Positions 1 to 8,959 of a DNA stretch of 64,000 nt are shown here, one piece after another; position 1 is the first letter of the stretch; every line of letters starts with the position of its first letter. Made by a program: the position numbers and the translations under genes. The notes below the pieces were generated by a model. It ran no database searches, was not told where the DNA came from, and was given only the letters and a program-made list of their open reading frames with translations. Location: contig NZ_OY787459.1 of assembly GCF_963678865.1 (NCBI RefSeq), positions 3,629,381 to 3,693,380 of the forward strand, in the 5' to 3' direction. Origin of the DNA: Maridesulfovibrio sp. (lineage in GTDB: Bacteria > Desulfobacterota > Desulfovibrionia > Desulfovibrionales > Desulfovibrionaceae).

Positions 1-500
1 ATTGCGATTTCTTCGTATTTGGCAACCCCGAAAGCAGCCTGAAAAATGGCTGAAATAAAAATAGCAACCATATAAGTGGAAAAGGAGAGTTGCACATCGG
101 CAACGCGCATGAGGATCGATTCCACTTTCTTGCCCATGAATCCGGCAACCAGCCCGACCATAATACCCAGAAATGCCTGCAGTGCTACAGCGCCGAAGCC
201 GATGATCAGCGAGACGCGCATGCCGTAGAGCATGGTGGAATAGAGGTCGCGGCCCTGTGCATCAGTTCCGAGCAGGAAGTTCGGGGCCCCGCCGGGAAGC
301 CATGAAGGCGGAATTTCCGCATTCATTATATCGATGTTGTGGGCATCGTAGGGATTGAAAGGTGCGACGAGTGGAGCCGCAAAGCCCATGAACAGAAGCA
401 CGACCAGAATAGCGAAGCTTGTGAGGGCAACCTTGTCGTGCAGAAAGTCGTGCAGAAAATATGATTCTTTGAATCTCTGCCAGCGTGATCTGGTTTTCAT
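1..500 (-). CDS. ABC transporter permease, DppC/OppC-type (5' part only; gene continues beyond the left edge)
   Basis: Truncated, so absent from the ORF track. Reading the minus strand from ATG at 500-498 gives MKTRSRWQRFKESYFLHDFLHDKVALTSFAILVVLLFMGFAAPLVAP...LLGTDAQGRDLYS..., a typical N-terminus of a peptide/nickel ABC membrane subunit. The start abuts the stop (501) of the upstream DppB-type gene. Confidence 0.8.
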   Translation of the reverse strand, partial: MKTRSRWQRFKESYFLHDFLHDKVALTSFAILVVLLFMGFAAPLVAPFNPYDAHNIDIMNAEIPPSWLPGGAPNFLLGTDAQGRDLYSTMLYGMRVSLIIGFGAVALQAFLGIMVGLVAGFMGKKVESILMRVADVQLSFSTYMVAIFISAIFQAAFGVAKYEEIA

Positions 501-1475
501 TTATTTTTGCCCCGTGATTCTGACCTGAGGGTTGACCAGTCCGTAAATGACGTCAACCAGGGTGTTTACTACTACGAAGATCAGCCCGACCACCATGAGG
601 TAGGCTACCATAAGCGGGGCATCTCCGCGCTCCACAGCCTCGATAAACATGAAGCCCATGCCCTGCCACTGGAATACGGTTTCAGTGAGAATGGTAAAGG
701 CGATCATTGTTCCCAACTGTACACCACCCACAGTGATGACTGGAAGCAGGGTGTTCTTGAAGGCATGGACGATCCAGACCCGTCTGGGCATCAAGCCTTT
801 GGCCCATGCATATTTGATATAATCGTTTTCAAGCACTTCCATCATTTCGGAACGGATCAGCCGGATGAAGAGCGGGAGCATGATGGATGAAAGGGCTATG
901 GAAGGCATAATCAGATGCAGCCAGCCGTCAGCGGTAAGAAATCCCGTTCGCCAGCCGCCCAGTGCTACTGTTTCGCCGCGTCCGTAGGATGGCAGCCAGT
1001 GCAGTTCAACCGAAAAGACATAGATCATGAGGATGGCAGTCAGGAATACCGGAATCGAAACCCCGACAATTGATCCGCCCATGACAAACCGTGAAAACAG
1101 GGCCTTCGGCCGGATGGCTGAATAAATACCGAGCGGGACTGAAAAAATAACAATGATAAAGGCGGAACAGATGACCAGCTCCAAGGTGGCAGGGGCCTTG
1201 TTCAGGATTACTTCCAGAGCGGACTTTTTGTAAAAGAAAGAACGGCCTATATCACCCTTGACCGCTCCCTGCATAAAACGTCCGAATTGAACCATGAACG
1301 GATCATTGAGACCGAGTTCGTCCCTGATTTTTTCCCTTTCAGCAGCAGACACGGAAACCCCCGTAATCTCGCGTACCGGGTCACCAAAGCTTTGCTTGAT
1401 GGCAAAGCCGATGAAGCTGATGATCAGCATTACAATGATCGCCTGCGCGATCCTGCGGACTATAAAAGCAAACAT
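501..1475 (-). CDS. ABC transporter permease, DppB/OppB-type
   Basis: ORF 501..1505. Sequence MFAFIVRRIAQAIIVMLIISFIGF...NDPFMVQF... is typical of peptide/nickel permease subunit 1. I prefer the ATG at 1475, which has GGAG 10 nt upstream, over the track start. Confidence 0.9.
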   Translation of the reverse strand: MFAFIVRRIAQAIIVMLIISFIGFAIKQSFGDPVREITGVSVSAAEREKIRDELGLNDPFMVQFGRFMQGAVKGDIGRSFFYKKSALEVILNKAPATLELVICSAFIIVIFSVPLGIYSAIRPKALFSRFVMGGSIVGVSIPVFLTAILMIYVFSVELHWLPSYGRGETVALGGWRTGFLTADGWLHLIMPSIALSSIMLPLFIRLIRSEMMEVLENDYIKYAWAKGLMPRRVWIVHAFKNTLLPVITVGGVQLGTMIAFTILTETVFQWQGMGFMFIEAVERGDAPLMVAYLMVVGLIFVVVNTLVDVIYGLVNPQVRITGQK

Positions 1476-1510
1476 TTTTAAATTACTCCAGACGGACAAA
1501 AACAATTTGT

Positions 1511-1710
1511 GGCGCTGCGCGCTTTTGGCGAAAGATTTCGCCTCCGGCGGCCAAAGGGAATAACCCCCTTTGGAATCCTTAGTTGGCTGTCGCTACATAT
1601 TTTGAAAAGTAGTGGCGAAGCCTTATTGAAAAAGTTTGGGATTCTTAAACCCTTTCCAAAGGGTTTAAGGCCCCCGGCAGGGCTCTCGGAGAATCGCCGG
1701 AGGCATTCTT
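1511..1710. repeat. nested-palindrome intergenic element, copy A (long form)
   Basis: GCGCTGCGCGC at 1512-1522. The outer inverted repeat is GCCTCCGGCGGCC (1540-1552) with CGCCGGAGGC (1695-1704). Inner hairpins are CCAAAGGG..CCCTTTGG and AAACCCTTTCCAAAGGGTTT. Confidence 0.85.
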
Positions 1711-1776
1711 AAAACGCATCAAAGGGAACCCTAAGATAGAGTTCCCTTTGAATTTAGTTTTATGCTGTGATCTCCA

Positions 1777-3390
1777 CTACTTGATGACGAGGTCGCCGAA
1801 GTAGGGGTAGTTCTGTACGTTTACGATTTCTTCGGTGTTCATACCGTCCTTGGAAGCCCAGGACAGGTTCTGCCAGTGCAGGGGAACGAATGCTGCTTCG
1901 TCATAGAGGATTTTTTCCACTTTCTGGAGCATGGCGTTACGCTTGGCAAGGTCGGTTTCAGTCTGGGAAGCGATTATGAGTGAATCGACTTCCTGATTGC
2001 AGTAGTTACCACTGTTGTACTGACCGTAACCGGTTTCCTTGTTGGGGCACATGAGCAGGAATTCAGTGTAGTTGGCGGAGTCTTCGGTGTCAGGATGCCA
2101 GCCGATCATCTGGATGTCGGCAACCTGTGCGTCGAACTGATCCCAGTACTGGGCTTTAGGCATGGTTTTCAGGTTAACCTTGATGCCGATTTTGCCGAGC
2201 ATGGAAACAAAAGCTTCAGAGATTTTTTCATCGTTAACGTAACGGTTGTTGGGTGCGATCATGGTGCACTCGAAACCGTTTTCGTAACCAGCTTCTTTCA
2301 TGAGCTGCTTGGCCTTTTCAAGGTCATAGCGGGGTTTGAGTTCAGCATTGTAGCCGGCTAAACCTTCGGGACCCTGCTGGCAGGCTACGGTTGCGAAGCC
2401 TTTCATTACCTTGTCCACGATACCGGTGTTGTCGGTAGCATATACGATAGCCTGACGAACTTTGGGGTTCTGGAAAGGCTTCTGGCGTTTCTGGTTCAGC
2501 TGGAAGGTGATGATGCGGGAACCGGACATGGTTACCAGCTGCAGACCTTCGGTGGAGTCAACGCGTTTCAGGTCCTGCGGGGGAACGGGCATGATGAAGT
2601 CAACATCTCCGGAAAGCAGGGCTGCTACACGGGTGGCGTCATTTTTAATGGGGGTCAGGATGATGGTGTCAACGTTACCAGCTTTATCCCAGTATCCGGG
2701 GAAAGCCTTGAATACAGTGCGCACGCCCTGTTCACGTTCGGCAACAATGTATTTACCGGTACCGGATTCGTTGACATTGGCAAAAGAGGGGCCGGTCTTG
2801 ACGATGGCGTCTTTGTCCTGTCCGGACTCATCCTTGCCGGTGTAGAATTTGCTGTCCATGGGGAAAATGTAGGTTGCCATGTTCAGCAGCAGGCCGTAAG
2901 GCTCCTTGGTGATGATGTCCACGGTGTTGGCATCAACAACTTTTGCAGGAGAGAAAGGTTCGAAGAGGCCCTTGAAGTCGGCACTTTTCTTGAGGCGGTT
3001 GATGGTCCAGACAACATCTTCAGCGGTGAAGGGATTGCCGGAATGAAATTTTACATCTTTACGCAGGTGAAAACGCATGGTCTTGTCATCAATACGTTCC
3101 CATTTTTCAGCAAGACGGGGCTCGAAAGAACCGTCTTTGGCCCAGCGTACGAGAGGATCGAAAACCATATGGGAGTACTGGAGCATACCACCGGAAAGCT
3201 GTACATGAGGGTCAAGGGAGACAGGGTCGGCATCCATGGCCAGTTTCAGGGTTTTACCGGCTGCAGCTGCGGGAGCTTTTTCAGCAGTTTCCTTTTTGGC
3301 AGGGGCCTCTTCTTTTTTTTCTGCGCTGCATCCGGCAAGTCCTAGGCTCAGGATGGCAACAAGCGCAAGAAACAGTAATGAACGTTTCAT
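1777..3390 (-). CDS. ABC transporter substrate-binding lipoprotein, family 5 (peptide/nickel type)
   Basis: ORF 1777..3456. An internal ATG at 3390 is preceded by AAGGAG and gives the lipoprotein signal MKRSLLFLALVAILSLGLAGC. The length and sequence fit a family-5 SBP, and it sits next to the two permease genes. Confidence 0.9.
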   Translation of the reverse strand: MKRSLLFLALVAILSLGLAGCSAEKKEEAPAKKETAEKAPAAAAGKTLKLAMDADPVSLDPHVQLSGGMLQYSHMVFDPLVRWAKDGSFEPRLAEKWERIDDKTMRFHLRKDVKFHSGNPFTAEDVVWTINRLKKSADFKGLFEPFSPAKVVDANTVDIITKEPYGLLLNMATYIFPMDSKFYTGKDESGQDKDAIVKTGPSFANVNESGTGKYIVAEREQGVRTVFKAFPGYWDKAGNVDTIILTPIKNDATRVAALLSGDVDFIMPVPPQDLKRVDSTEGLQLVTMSGSRIITFQLNQKRQKPFQNPKVRQAIVYATDNTGIVDKVMKGFATVACQQGPEGLAGYNAELKPRYDLEKAKQLMKEAGYENGFECTMIAPNNRYVNDEKISEAFVSMLGKIGIKVNLKTMPKAQYWDQFDAQVADIQMIGWHPDTEDSANYTEFLLMCPNKETGYGQYNSGNYCNQEVDSLIIASQTETDLAKRNAMLQKVEKILYDEAAFVPLHWQNLSWASKDGMNTEEIVNVQNYPYFGDLVIK

Positions 3391-3652
3391 CCTCACACTC
3401 CTTAGAAAGGGTAAAAATAATAATAAAAAGCACCTAGCGCATAATTTCAGGGACATCCTGAAAAAGACGCATATCGAAATGAGTATTATAGCAGATAAAA
3501 TTGCTATAGCTTACGGCTTCCCCTTGCCGTATGCGCTTAATATTATTACTCTTGATTGAGTTTTTTCTCAAATGTTTAACTCGCTGAAATGTTTTGTTAA
3601 AAATTATTTATTAACATGGTTGTCGCAATAGGCACATAAAAATCCAGAATTT

Positions 3653-4096
3653 ATGAAAATAAAAAAATATAATTCGTTTGGCTGCGTATTTTTGCTGTTT
3701 TTATTTATGGTTATGCTTAATGGTTGTTCTTCGTTAAATCCTTTTGCTGATTCCATTACGGAATACGATATGGATGGAAAGCACGAAATCAGCCTCGGAC
3801 TAATGCCCGGAGAGCAGCTCGCTTTCGAAATGCGCAATCCCGGTTCAGGTGGGTATCAGTTTGACGGGGTTTCTTTTGACCCGGATCTGGTGAGTCTGGA
3901 TAAATTCAAGATTATTAAAACGGATTCCGGCCTGATGGGGGATTTCGGGCGCTGGCGATTCGAGTTCACCACCATAGGGCTGGGGGCGGCTCCGGTAATC
4001 ATCAATATTAAAAGGCCGGGGGAAGGTACCCGTGATGCCTACAAGGTCATCAATATGGATATCACAAAAGACGGGCCGCCGTTTTTTCAATGGTAA
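3653..4096 (+). CDS. small lipoprotein, chagasin-family (I42) cysteine-peptidase-inhibitor-like
   Basis: Lipobox LNGCSS after a signal peptide. Motifs NPGSGGYQF, GDFG and RPGEG sit at the spacing of the chagasin/ICP NPTTG, GxGG and RPW/F motifs. The family assignment is by motif only. Confidence 0.6.
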   Translation: MKIKKYNSFGCVFLLFLFMVMLNGCSSLNPFADSITEYDMDGKHEISLGLMPGEQLAFEMRNPGSGGYQFDGVSFDPDLVSLDKFKIIKTDSGLMGDFGRWRFEFTTIGLGAAPVIINIKRPGEGTRDAYKVINMDITKDGPPFFQW

Positions 4097-4247
4097 TTTT
4101 TGTGGTTGGCTATATTTGTAGTATTTATTTAGATAAGTTTATTTATGGTATGTGTGTATTTGTGTCTGAATGTGCAGTAGCAGTGATTCTCATGTGATTG
4201 GCCACTTGACGATTTGTTGAGTGGACATAACTGACAAAGGATTTATT

Positions 4248-4958
4248 GTGAAAAGATATGATTTGAAAAATTGGAAAGGAATTATTCAGTCCGTAAAAGG
4301 TCCAATTGCATTTTTTGCACTTGTTGTTTTGGCTTTTCAGGTAATTCTTTTGGCTCTTGTGTATAAAGGGGGGCCTGAAACTATGAATTATCTGATTTTT
4401 TTATCATCTTTATCGGTAATTATTCCAATTTTGGCCGTTTCTTGGGCTTTTGTCCGTTCTTCTCATAATATTAAGAGTACATCAGATAGCAAGTCTCCGG
4501 TTTTGGCTCGGAAAGTTCGAATTTTTATTACATCGCCAATGTCAACGTATAAATCTGATAAGGAATATCGACAGATTAGGTTAGATCTAATGAGCGTTGT
4601 GAATTTGCTTAGAAGATGTGAATTTGTTGATGATGTTTTTTTCTTTAATGAGAGGTTTGAGTCTCTTGAAAGCTTTGAAAATGCAGATTTAAATGTACCA
4701 GAGTACTTTCATAAAATTAATCAATGCGATTATTTCGTACTTATTGTTGCTGATAGGCAATTCAGCAGCATACATTTTGAATCTGGATTTGCTTTAGCTA
4801 AAGAAAAGAAAGCAATATATTTTGTGCATGATTCTGACTGTCTTCCGTTTTTAACTAAGTTGGCCGTTTTTGCTTATCCTCACACGATACGAAGCTATGA
4901 GTTTTCATCGTTTAATGAAATTGGGAAGATATTATGTAAGCAAGAAAGTTATATTTAA
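4248..4958 (+). CDS. membrane-anchored protein with C-terminal nucleoside 2-deoxyribosyltransferase / MTH538-TIR-like domain
   Basis: ORF 4221..4958. The in-frame GTG at 4248 has AAGGA 7 nt upstream; a start at 4221 is also possible. It has two hydrophobic helices. These are followed by VRIFITSPM ... CDYFVLIVAD ... FESGFALAKEKKAIYFV, the beta1 strand and conserved-Glu pattern of the NDT/TIR-like flavodoxin fold. The gene is strongly AT-rich. Confidence 0.6.
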   Translation: MKRYDLKNWKGIIQSVKGPIAFFALVVLAFQVILLALVYKGGPETMNYLIFLSSLSVIIPILAVSWAFVRSSHNIKSTSDSKSPVLARKVRIFITSPMSTYKSDKEYRQIRLDLMSVVNLLRRCEFVDDVFFFNERFESLESFENADLNVPEYFHKINQCDYFVLIVADRQFSSIHFESGFALAKEKKAIYFVHDSDCLPFLTKLAVFAYPHTIRSYEFSSFNEIGKILCKQESYI

Positions 4959-5018
4959 TCTGTTATGCATGGTCTGAAGTAAGCAGCACCCTAAAAGATA
5001 GATGTGCTGCTTAACTCC

Positions 5019-7532
5019 TTACTCAAACCGTTGATCTGTTTTAGTCAGATTATAGTCCAGCAGCGTTGTGCCGGGACAGATAGCGGCAATCATCTTAACC
5101 GGACTCATGTACATTGATGTCCAGTCAAAAGTCAGTTTCAAAGTCCGCTCATTTATTTCATGGAATTTAATCAGCACGGGGCGGACGTTCTTCTCCTTAA
5201 CCTTTTTCTTGGTGGTGTGGGAGACGATATATTCATCCGATTGGGCATATTCACGCAGACGATCCATTTTGTCTTTGGCTTCATTTTCAGGGCAGGTGAA
5301 GATCAGGGTGAACTCCTCTATTTCAGGATGTTCCTGTTTTTTGGATAAATTCAGCGGATCAGCCCCTACAATCTTCATACCCATGGGCATCTGCCGGTTG
5401 AGGCGGTCCACCAGATCCTGTGCGCTGATTTTGGTGCGCAGCATAATGTTCATCCATTCCTTCATGCTTTCTACGCCTACGGGCAGTGCGCGTCCGAAGG
5501 ACATGCGCGGCATGGGATGGAAACCCTGCGAGAATGTCAGCGGCAGTTCCGCACGGCGCATGGCCCGTTCGATTACCGGTTGCAGGTCCAGCTGCGACAG
5601 GTAGGCTGAGGTCCCTGTTTTGGTGTACCAGAGTCTGAAATGACAGCCTTTGATGCCGAGGTCCGGTTTTTCTGCCTGTACGAAATCAGGGACATCCCCG
5701 GTCTGGTCGCGGGTTTCGAAAACCATTTTGGGGCGCAGGTCCATGGTTTCGGACTGCTTTTTGAGCAGGGATTTTCGACCGTCAAAGTTGCAGACCCCGC
5801 AATTGCGGCACTCTTCGTAACGGCAGTCCCCGGTAATTTTTTCGGATATACCGCGCTTGAGTTCCGCGAGCAGGAAGCGTTTGCTGACTCCGGAGGAAAG
5901 ATGGTCCCATGGCAGGCGGGCATCATGATCCCGTGCTCCGGTGTACTCTTCCGGAGTAAGCCCTTCTTCTTCCATTGCTTCGAGGTACGGCTCAAGTTTG
6001 AGGTGGTCTTTCCAGCTGGAATAGAGCGCTCCTTTTTTATAGGCCTTTTCGATTACCGGGCCGAGCCTGCGGTCACCGCGTGAAAAGATACCTTCGAGGA
6101 AGGTCATGCGCGGTATGTGCGATTTCATCTTGATGCGTTTCTGCTTGTCGAATTTTTCACGCATGTAATCAAGGCGCTCACCTATTTCTTCAAGTGAAAG
6201 CTGGCGTTCCCACTGGAACGGAGTGTGCGGCTTGGGTACGAAAGGCGAAACAGCAGCGGTAATATTCAGTTTTTTAATATGCCTTCCTGCCACATCACGC
6301 ACTTTCACGCACAGATCAACGATGGCATCAAGGTCTTCAAATGTCTCTGTGGGCAGGCCGATCATGAAATAGAGTTTGATGTTCTGCCAGCCGTTTTCAT
6401 AGAGCATGAGTGCGTGGTCCAGCAGGGCTTCTTCGGTGATGCCTTTATTGATGACATCACGCATGCGCTGGCTCCCGGCTTCCGGTGCGAGAGTTGCCCC
6501 GGTGCGGCGAATGGTGGCGATGCGTTCCATTATCGGTTCGGAAAGGGAACCGACGCGCAGGGAAGGCAGTGAAATCGATATCTGCTCGGCAGCACAGTTA
6601 TCGAAGCATTGTGCGAAAAGGGTATCCAGAGCGGAGTAGTCCCCGGTGCTGAGCGAGAGGAACGAGGTTTCCTCATATCCGGTTTCTTTCAACCCATCCA
6701 TAAGGGTTTTGTTCAGGGTTTCCGGTGTGCGTTCGCGGACCGGGCGGTAGATGATCCCGGCCTGACAGAAACGGCATCCGCGGGTACATCCGCGGGCGAT
6801 TTCCATGGTCAGCCTGTCGTGAATGACCTGACCGTAAGGGAGGATTTGTTCCTTGGGAAAGGGGATGGGTTCAAAATCTTCCACCACTGCTTTTTCCACA
6901 AAGAAATCGCCGGGATTCTCGGGATCGAAAAATTCGGGAATGTAGATCCCGGGCAGTTCGGCTAGTTTTTCAAGGCGTGCTTTTCTTCCCAGTCCGGATT
7001 CTTTGCATTCGGCAATGACTTCCATGACCCTGATGATGGATTCTTCCCCGTCACCGAGCATGATTACATCAAAGAAATCCGCCATAGGTTCGGCATTGAA
7101 GCAGGCTCCACCTCCGCCGATGATCAGCGGACAGGAATCGTCTCGGTCGGCCGCTTTGAGCGGGATGCCGGAGAGGTCAAGCATGAAGAGCACATTGGTG
7201 TAGCACAACTCGTGTGTCAGGCTGATGCCCAGTGCATCCACGTCCTTGAGAGGAGTGTCGCTTTCAAGGGTGGACAGCAGTTCGCCGTGTTCACGCATTA
7301 TTTCGGCGGTTTCCTCGCAGGGGGTATAGGCCCGTTCTGCGTAAAAAACATCGTGCTTGTTGACAATTTCGTAAAGGATTTTCTGGCCGAGATAGGACAT
7401 GCCTATCTCGTAAAGATCGGGAAAACCAATGGCGATATGAGCCTTGACCTTAGCAGGGTCCTTGTGGACGGAACCCCATTCCGAACCCAGATAACGGGTA
7501 GGACGGGGCAAAAGGGGGAGCAGCTTTTTCAA
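5019..7532 (-). CDS. B12-binding-domain radical SAM protein fused to a DUF2344-like C-terminal domain
   Basis: 837 aa with the CxxxCxxC motif (ARGCTRGCRFCQAG) and N-terminal PTRYLGSEWGS. The C-terminal third resembles the DUF2344 module usually fused to this radical SAM family. TTG start. Confidence 0.88.
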   Translation of the reverse strand: MKKLLPLLPRPTRYLGSEWGSVHKDPAKVKAHIAIGFPDLYEIGMSYLGQKILYEIVNKHDVFYAERAYTPCEETAEIMREHGELLSTLESDTPLKDVDALGISLTHELCYTNVLFMLDLSGIPLKAADRDDSCPLIIGGGGACFNAEPMADFFDVIMLGDGEESIIRVMEVIAECKESGLGRKARLEKLAELPGIYIPEFFDPENPGDFFVEKAVVEDFEPIPFPKEQILPYGQVIHDRLTMEIARGCTRGCRFCQAGIIYRPVRERTPETLNKTLMDGLKETGYEETSFLSLSTGDYSALDTLFAQCFDNCAAEQISISLPSLRVGSLSEPIMERIATIRRTGATLAPEAGSQRMRDVINKGITEEALLDHALMLYENGWQNIKLYFMIGLPTETFEDLDAIVDLCVKVRDVAGRHIKKLNITAAVSPFVPKPHTPFQWERQLSLEEIGERLDYMREKFDKQKRIKMKSHIPRMTFLEGIFSRGDRRLGPVIEKAYKKGALYSSWKDHLKLEPYLEAMEEEGLTPEEYTGARDHDARLPWDHLSSGVSKRFLLAELKRGISEKITGDCRYEECRNCGVCNFDGRKSLLKKQSETMDLRPKMVFETRDQTGDVPDFVQAEKPDLGIKGCHFRLWYTKTGTSAYLSQLDLQPVIERAMRRAELPLTFSQGFHPMPRMSFGRALPVGVESMKEWMNIMLRTKISAQDLVDRLNRQMPMGMKIVGADPLNLSKKQEHPEIEEFTLIFTCPENEAKDKMDRLREYAQSDEYIVSHTTKKKVKEKNVRPVLIKFHEINERTLKLTFDWTSMYMSPVKMIAAICPGTTLLDYNLTKTDQRFE

Positions 7533-7550
7533 AACTTAAACCCTATATTT

Positions 7551-7652
7551 GATGCGCTATGCGCTTTTTATGAAGATATTTTTTGCCTTCGGCGACCAGA
7601 GAGCCCTTTTGCAAAGGGTTTAAGGCTCCCGGCAGGGCCGCCGGAGGCATTC
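7551..7652. repeat. nested-palindrome intergenic element, copy B (compact form)
   Basis: GATGCGCTATGCGC, then GCCTTCGGCGACC (7585-7597), CCCTTTTGCAAAGGGTTTAAGG and GCCGCCGGAGGC (7637-7648). It abuts the stop of the 7657..8007 gene. Confidence 0.85.
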
Positions 7653-7656
7653 AAAT

Positions 7657-8007
7657 TTATTTTTTCAAAAGATCGGAAATGTTGGAAACGTTACCGCCGC
7701 CCATGCCTGCACCCATGCCGCCGAGTCCGCCTGTGGAGAGTGTCAGGTTGCTGGATGCTTCAAGATACTTGGTGGAAATATCCTCGGGACAGTTTTTGTA
7801 GGTGTAAAGGATGTGGCGTCCTTCGATTTCACCTTCGATTTCGTTATCAAAAGGGTAGCCGAAAGGCAGGATCATCATCTGCACGCCCTGCTGCGCGGGG
7901 ACAGTCTGGAGTACTGCGGGATCATTGATTTTGTTGTTTGCTTCGTCCCATTTGCCGATAACCATGTCGCCGTTGATCAGTTTGAAAAGCTTTACATCGT
8001 AAGCCAT
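7657..8007 (-). CDS. hypothetical protein with a Gly/Met-rich C-terminal tail
   Basis: 116-aa ORF with AAGGAG 7 nt before the ATG. No family recognised. The tail is STGGLGGMGAGMGGGNVSNISDLLKK. Confidence 0.65.
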   Translation of the reverse strand: MAYDVKLFKLINGDMVIGKWDEANNKINDPAVLQTVPAQQGVQMMILPFGYPFDNEIEGEIEGRHILYTYKNCPEDISTKYLEASSNLTLSTGGLGGMGAGMGGGNVSNISDLLKK

Positions 8008-8225
8008 TAAAATTCTCCTTGTCAGGCTGCGCGAAGCCGGGGCGCGTGTGCCTGTTAAAATTTCATAAGAAAAAAAAGACCGGACGGGTTTTATAAAATC
8101 CGGTTCCGGTTCATTGGTTGCGCTTTACGGCAACTCGTAAGAATTAGTGCCTCAAGGACGGTGTGTCAAGGCTTAGGGCGGTATGAGTGTAAATTGGAAA
8201 GCTTGTTTTCAAGCTTTATTTAAAT

Positions 8226-8798
8226 CTATTCAAGTTCAAGCAGTTCCCGGTGGCGAAAGCAGCTCACCAGATGATCGTTAACCATTCCGGTCGCCTGCAT
8301 GTAGGCATAGCAGATTGTAGGGCCTACGAAATTGAATCCCCGTTTTTTCAGGTCTTTGCTCATGGCTTCTGCTTCAGCGGTCTTTGCTGGAACTTCCTCT
8401 AAGGACTTCCATCGGTTTTGAATTGCCTTTCCGTCTGTGAATTGCCATATGTAAGCATCAAAGCTGCCAAATTCTTTTTGCACATCAAGAAATGCACGGG
8501 CATTGCGGACAGCGGAATTAATCTTGAGCTTATTGCGTATAATTCCTTCCTCTTGACGTAGAAGCTCAATTTTATTTTCATCAAACCGTGCGACAATTTC
8601 AGGATCAAAATCCGCAAAAGCAGCGCGGTAGTTTTCGCGTTTTTTGAGTACGGTCAGCCATGAAAGTCCGGCCTGTGCCCCTTCAAGGATGAGAAATTCA
8701 AAATGGAGCCGGTCATCATGTATGGGAATTCCCCATTCGGTATCGTGATAGGCTATTTCAAGATCGTGCTTTGCCCAGGGGCAGCGGGTGTGGTTCAT
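8226..8798 (-). CDS. tag: DNA-3-methyladenine glycosylase I
   Basis: RCPWAKHDLEIAYHDTEWGIPIHDDRLHFEFLILEGAQAGLSW is the classic Tag N-terminus. 190 aa, with an AAGGAG RBS. Confidence 0.93.
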   Translation of the reverse strand: MNHTRCPWAKHDLEIAYHDTEWGIPIHDDRLHFEFLILEGAQAGLSWLTVLKKRENYRAAFADFDPEIVARFDENKIELLRQEEGIIRNKLKINSAVRNARAFLDVQKEFGSFDAYIWQFTDGKAIQNRWKSLEEVPAKTAEAEAMSKDLKKRGFNFVGPTICYAYMQATGMVNDHLVSCFRHRELLELE

Positions 8799-8959
8799 GG
8801 GAAGACTCCTTATTTAGATGAAGTGGGATGATATTAGGTTTAGTAAATATGTTCAAGGAAGTCTGGTTCATTGGTGAACTCTTCCTGATCGAAAACAGAA
8901 TATTCTAGCTTGCCATGTATGGAGTAGTAAACGGCAGGCATTATTTTAGGAGATATTTT

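Noticed and set aside
1509-1712. 67-aa ORF, with a similar one at 42516..42806, giving related peptides (..PFPKGLRPPAG..RRRH / ..PFSKGFKPPEG..)
   Set aside because: The similarity comes from the DNA repeat family, which occurs in both orientations and in truncated forms. No RBS is present, so these are not a small-protein family.
7212-7928. 238-aa plus-strand ORF
   Set aside because: It spans the antisense of the radical SAM gene 5' end, the intergenic repeat copy B and the antisense of the 116-aa gene. The central PFAKGLRLPAGPPEAF peptide is just the repeat read in frame.
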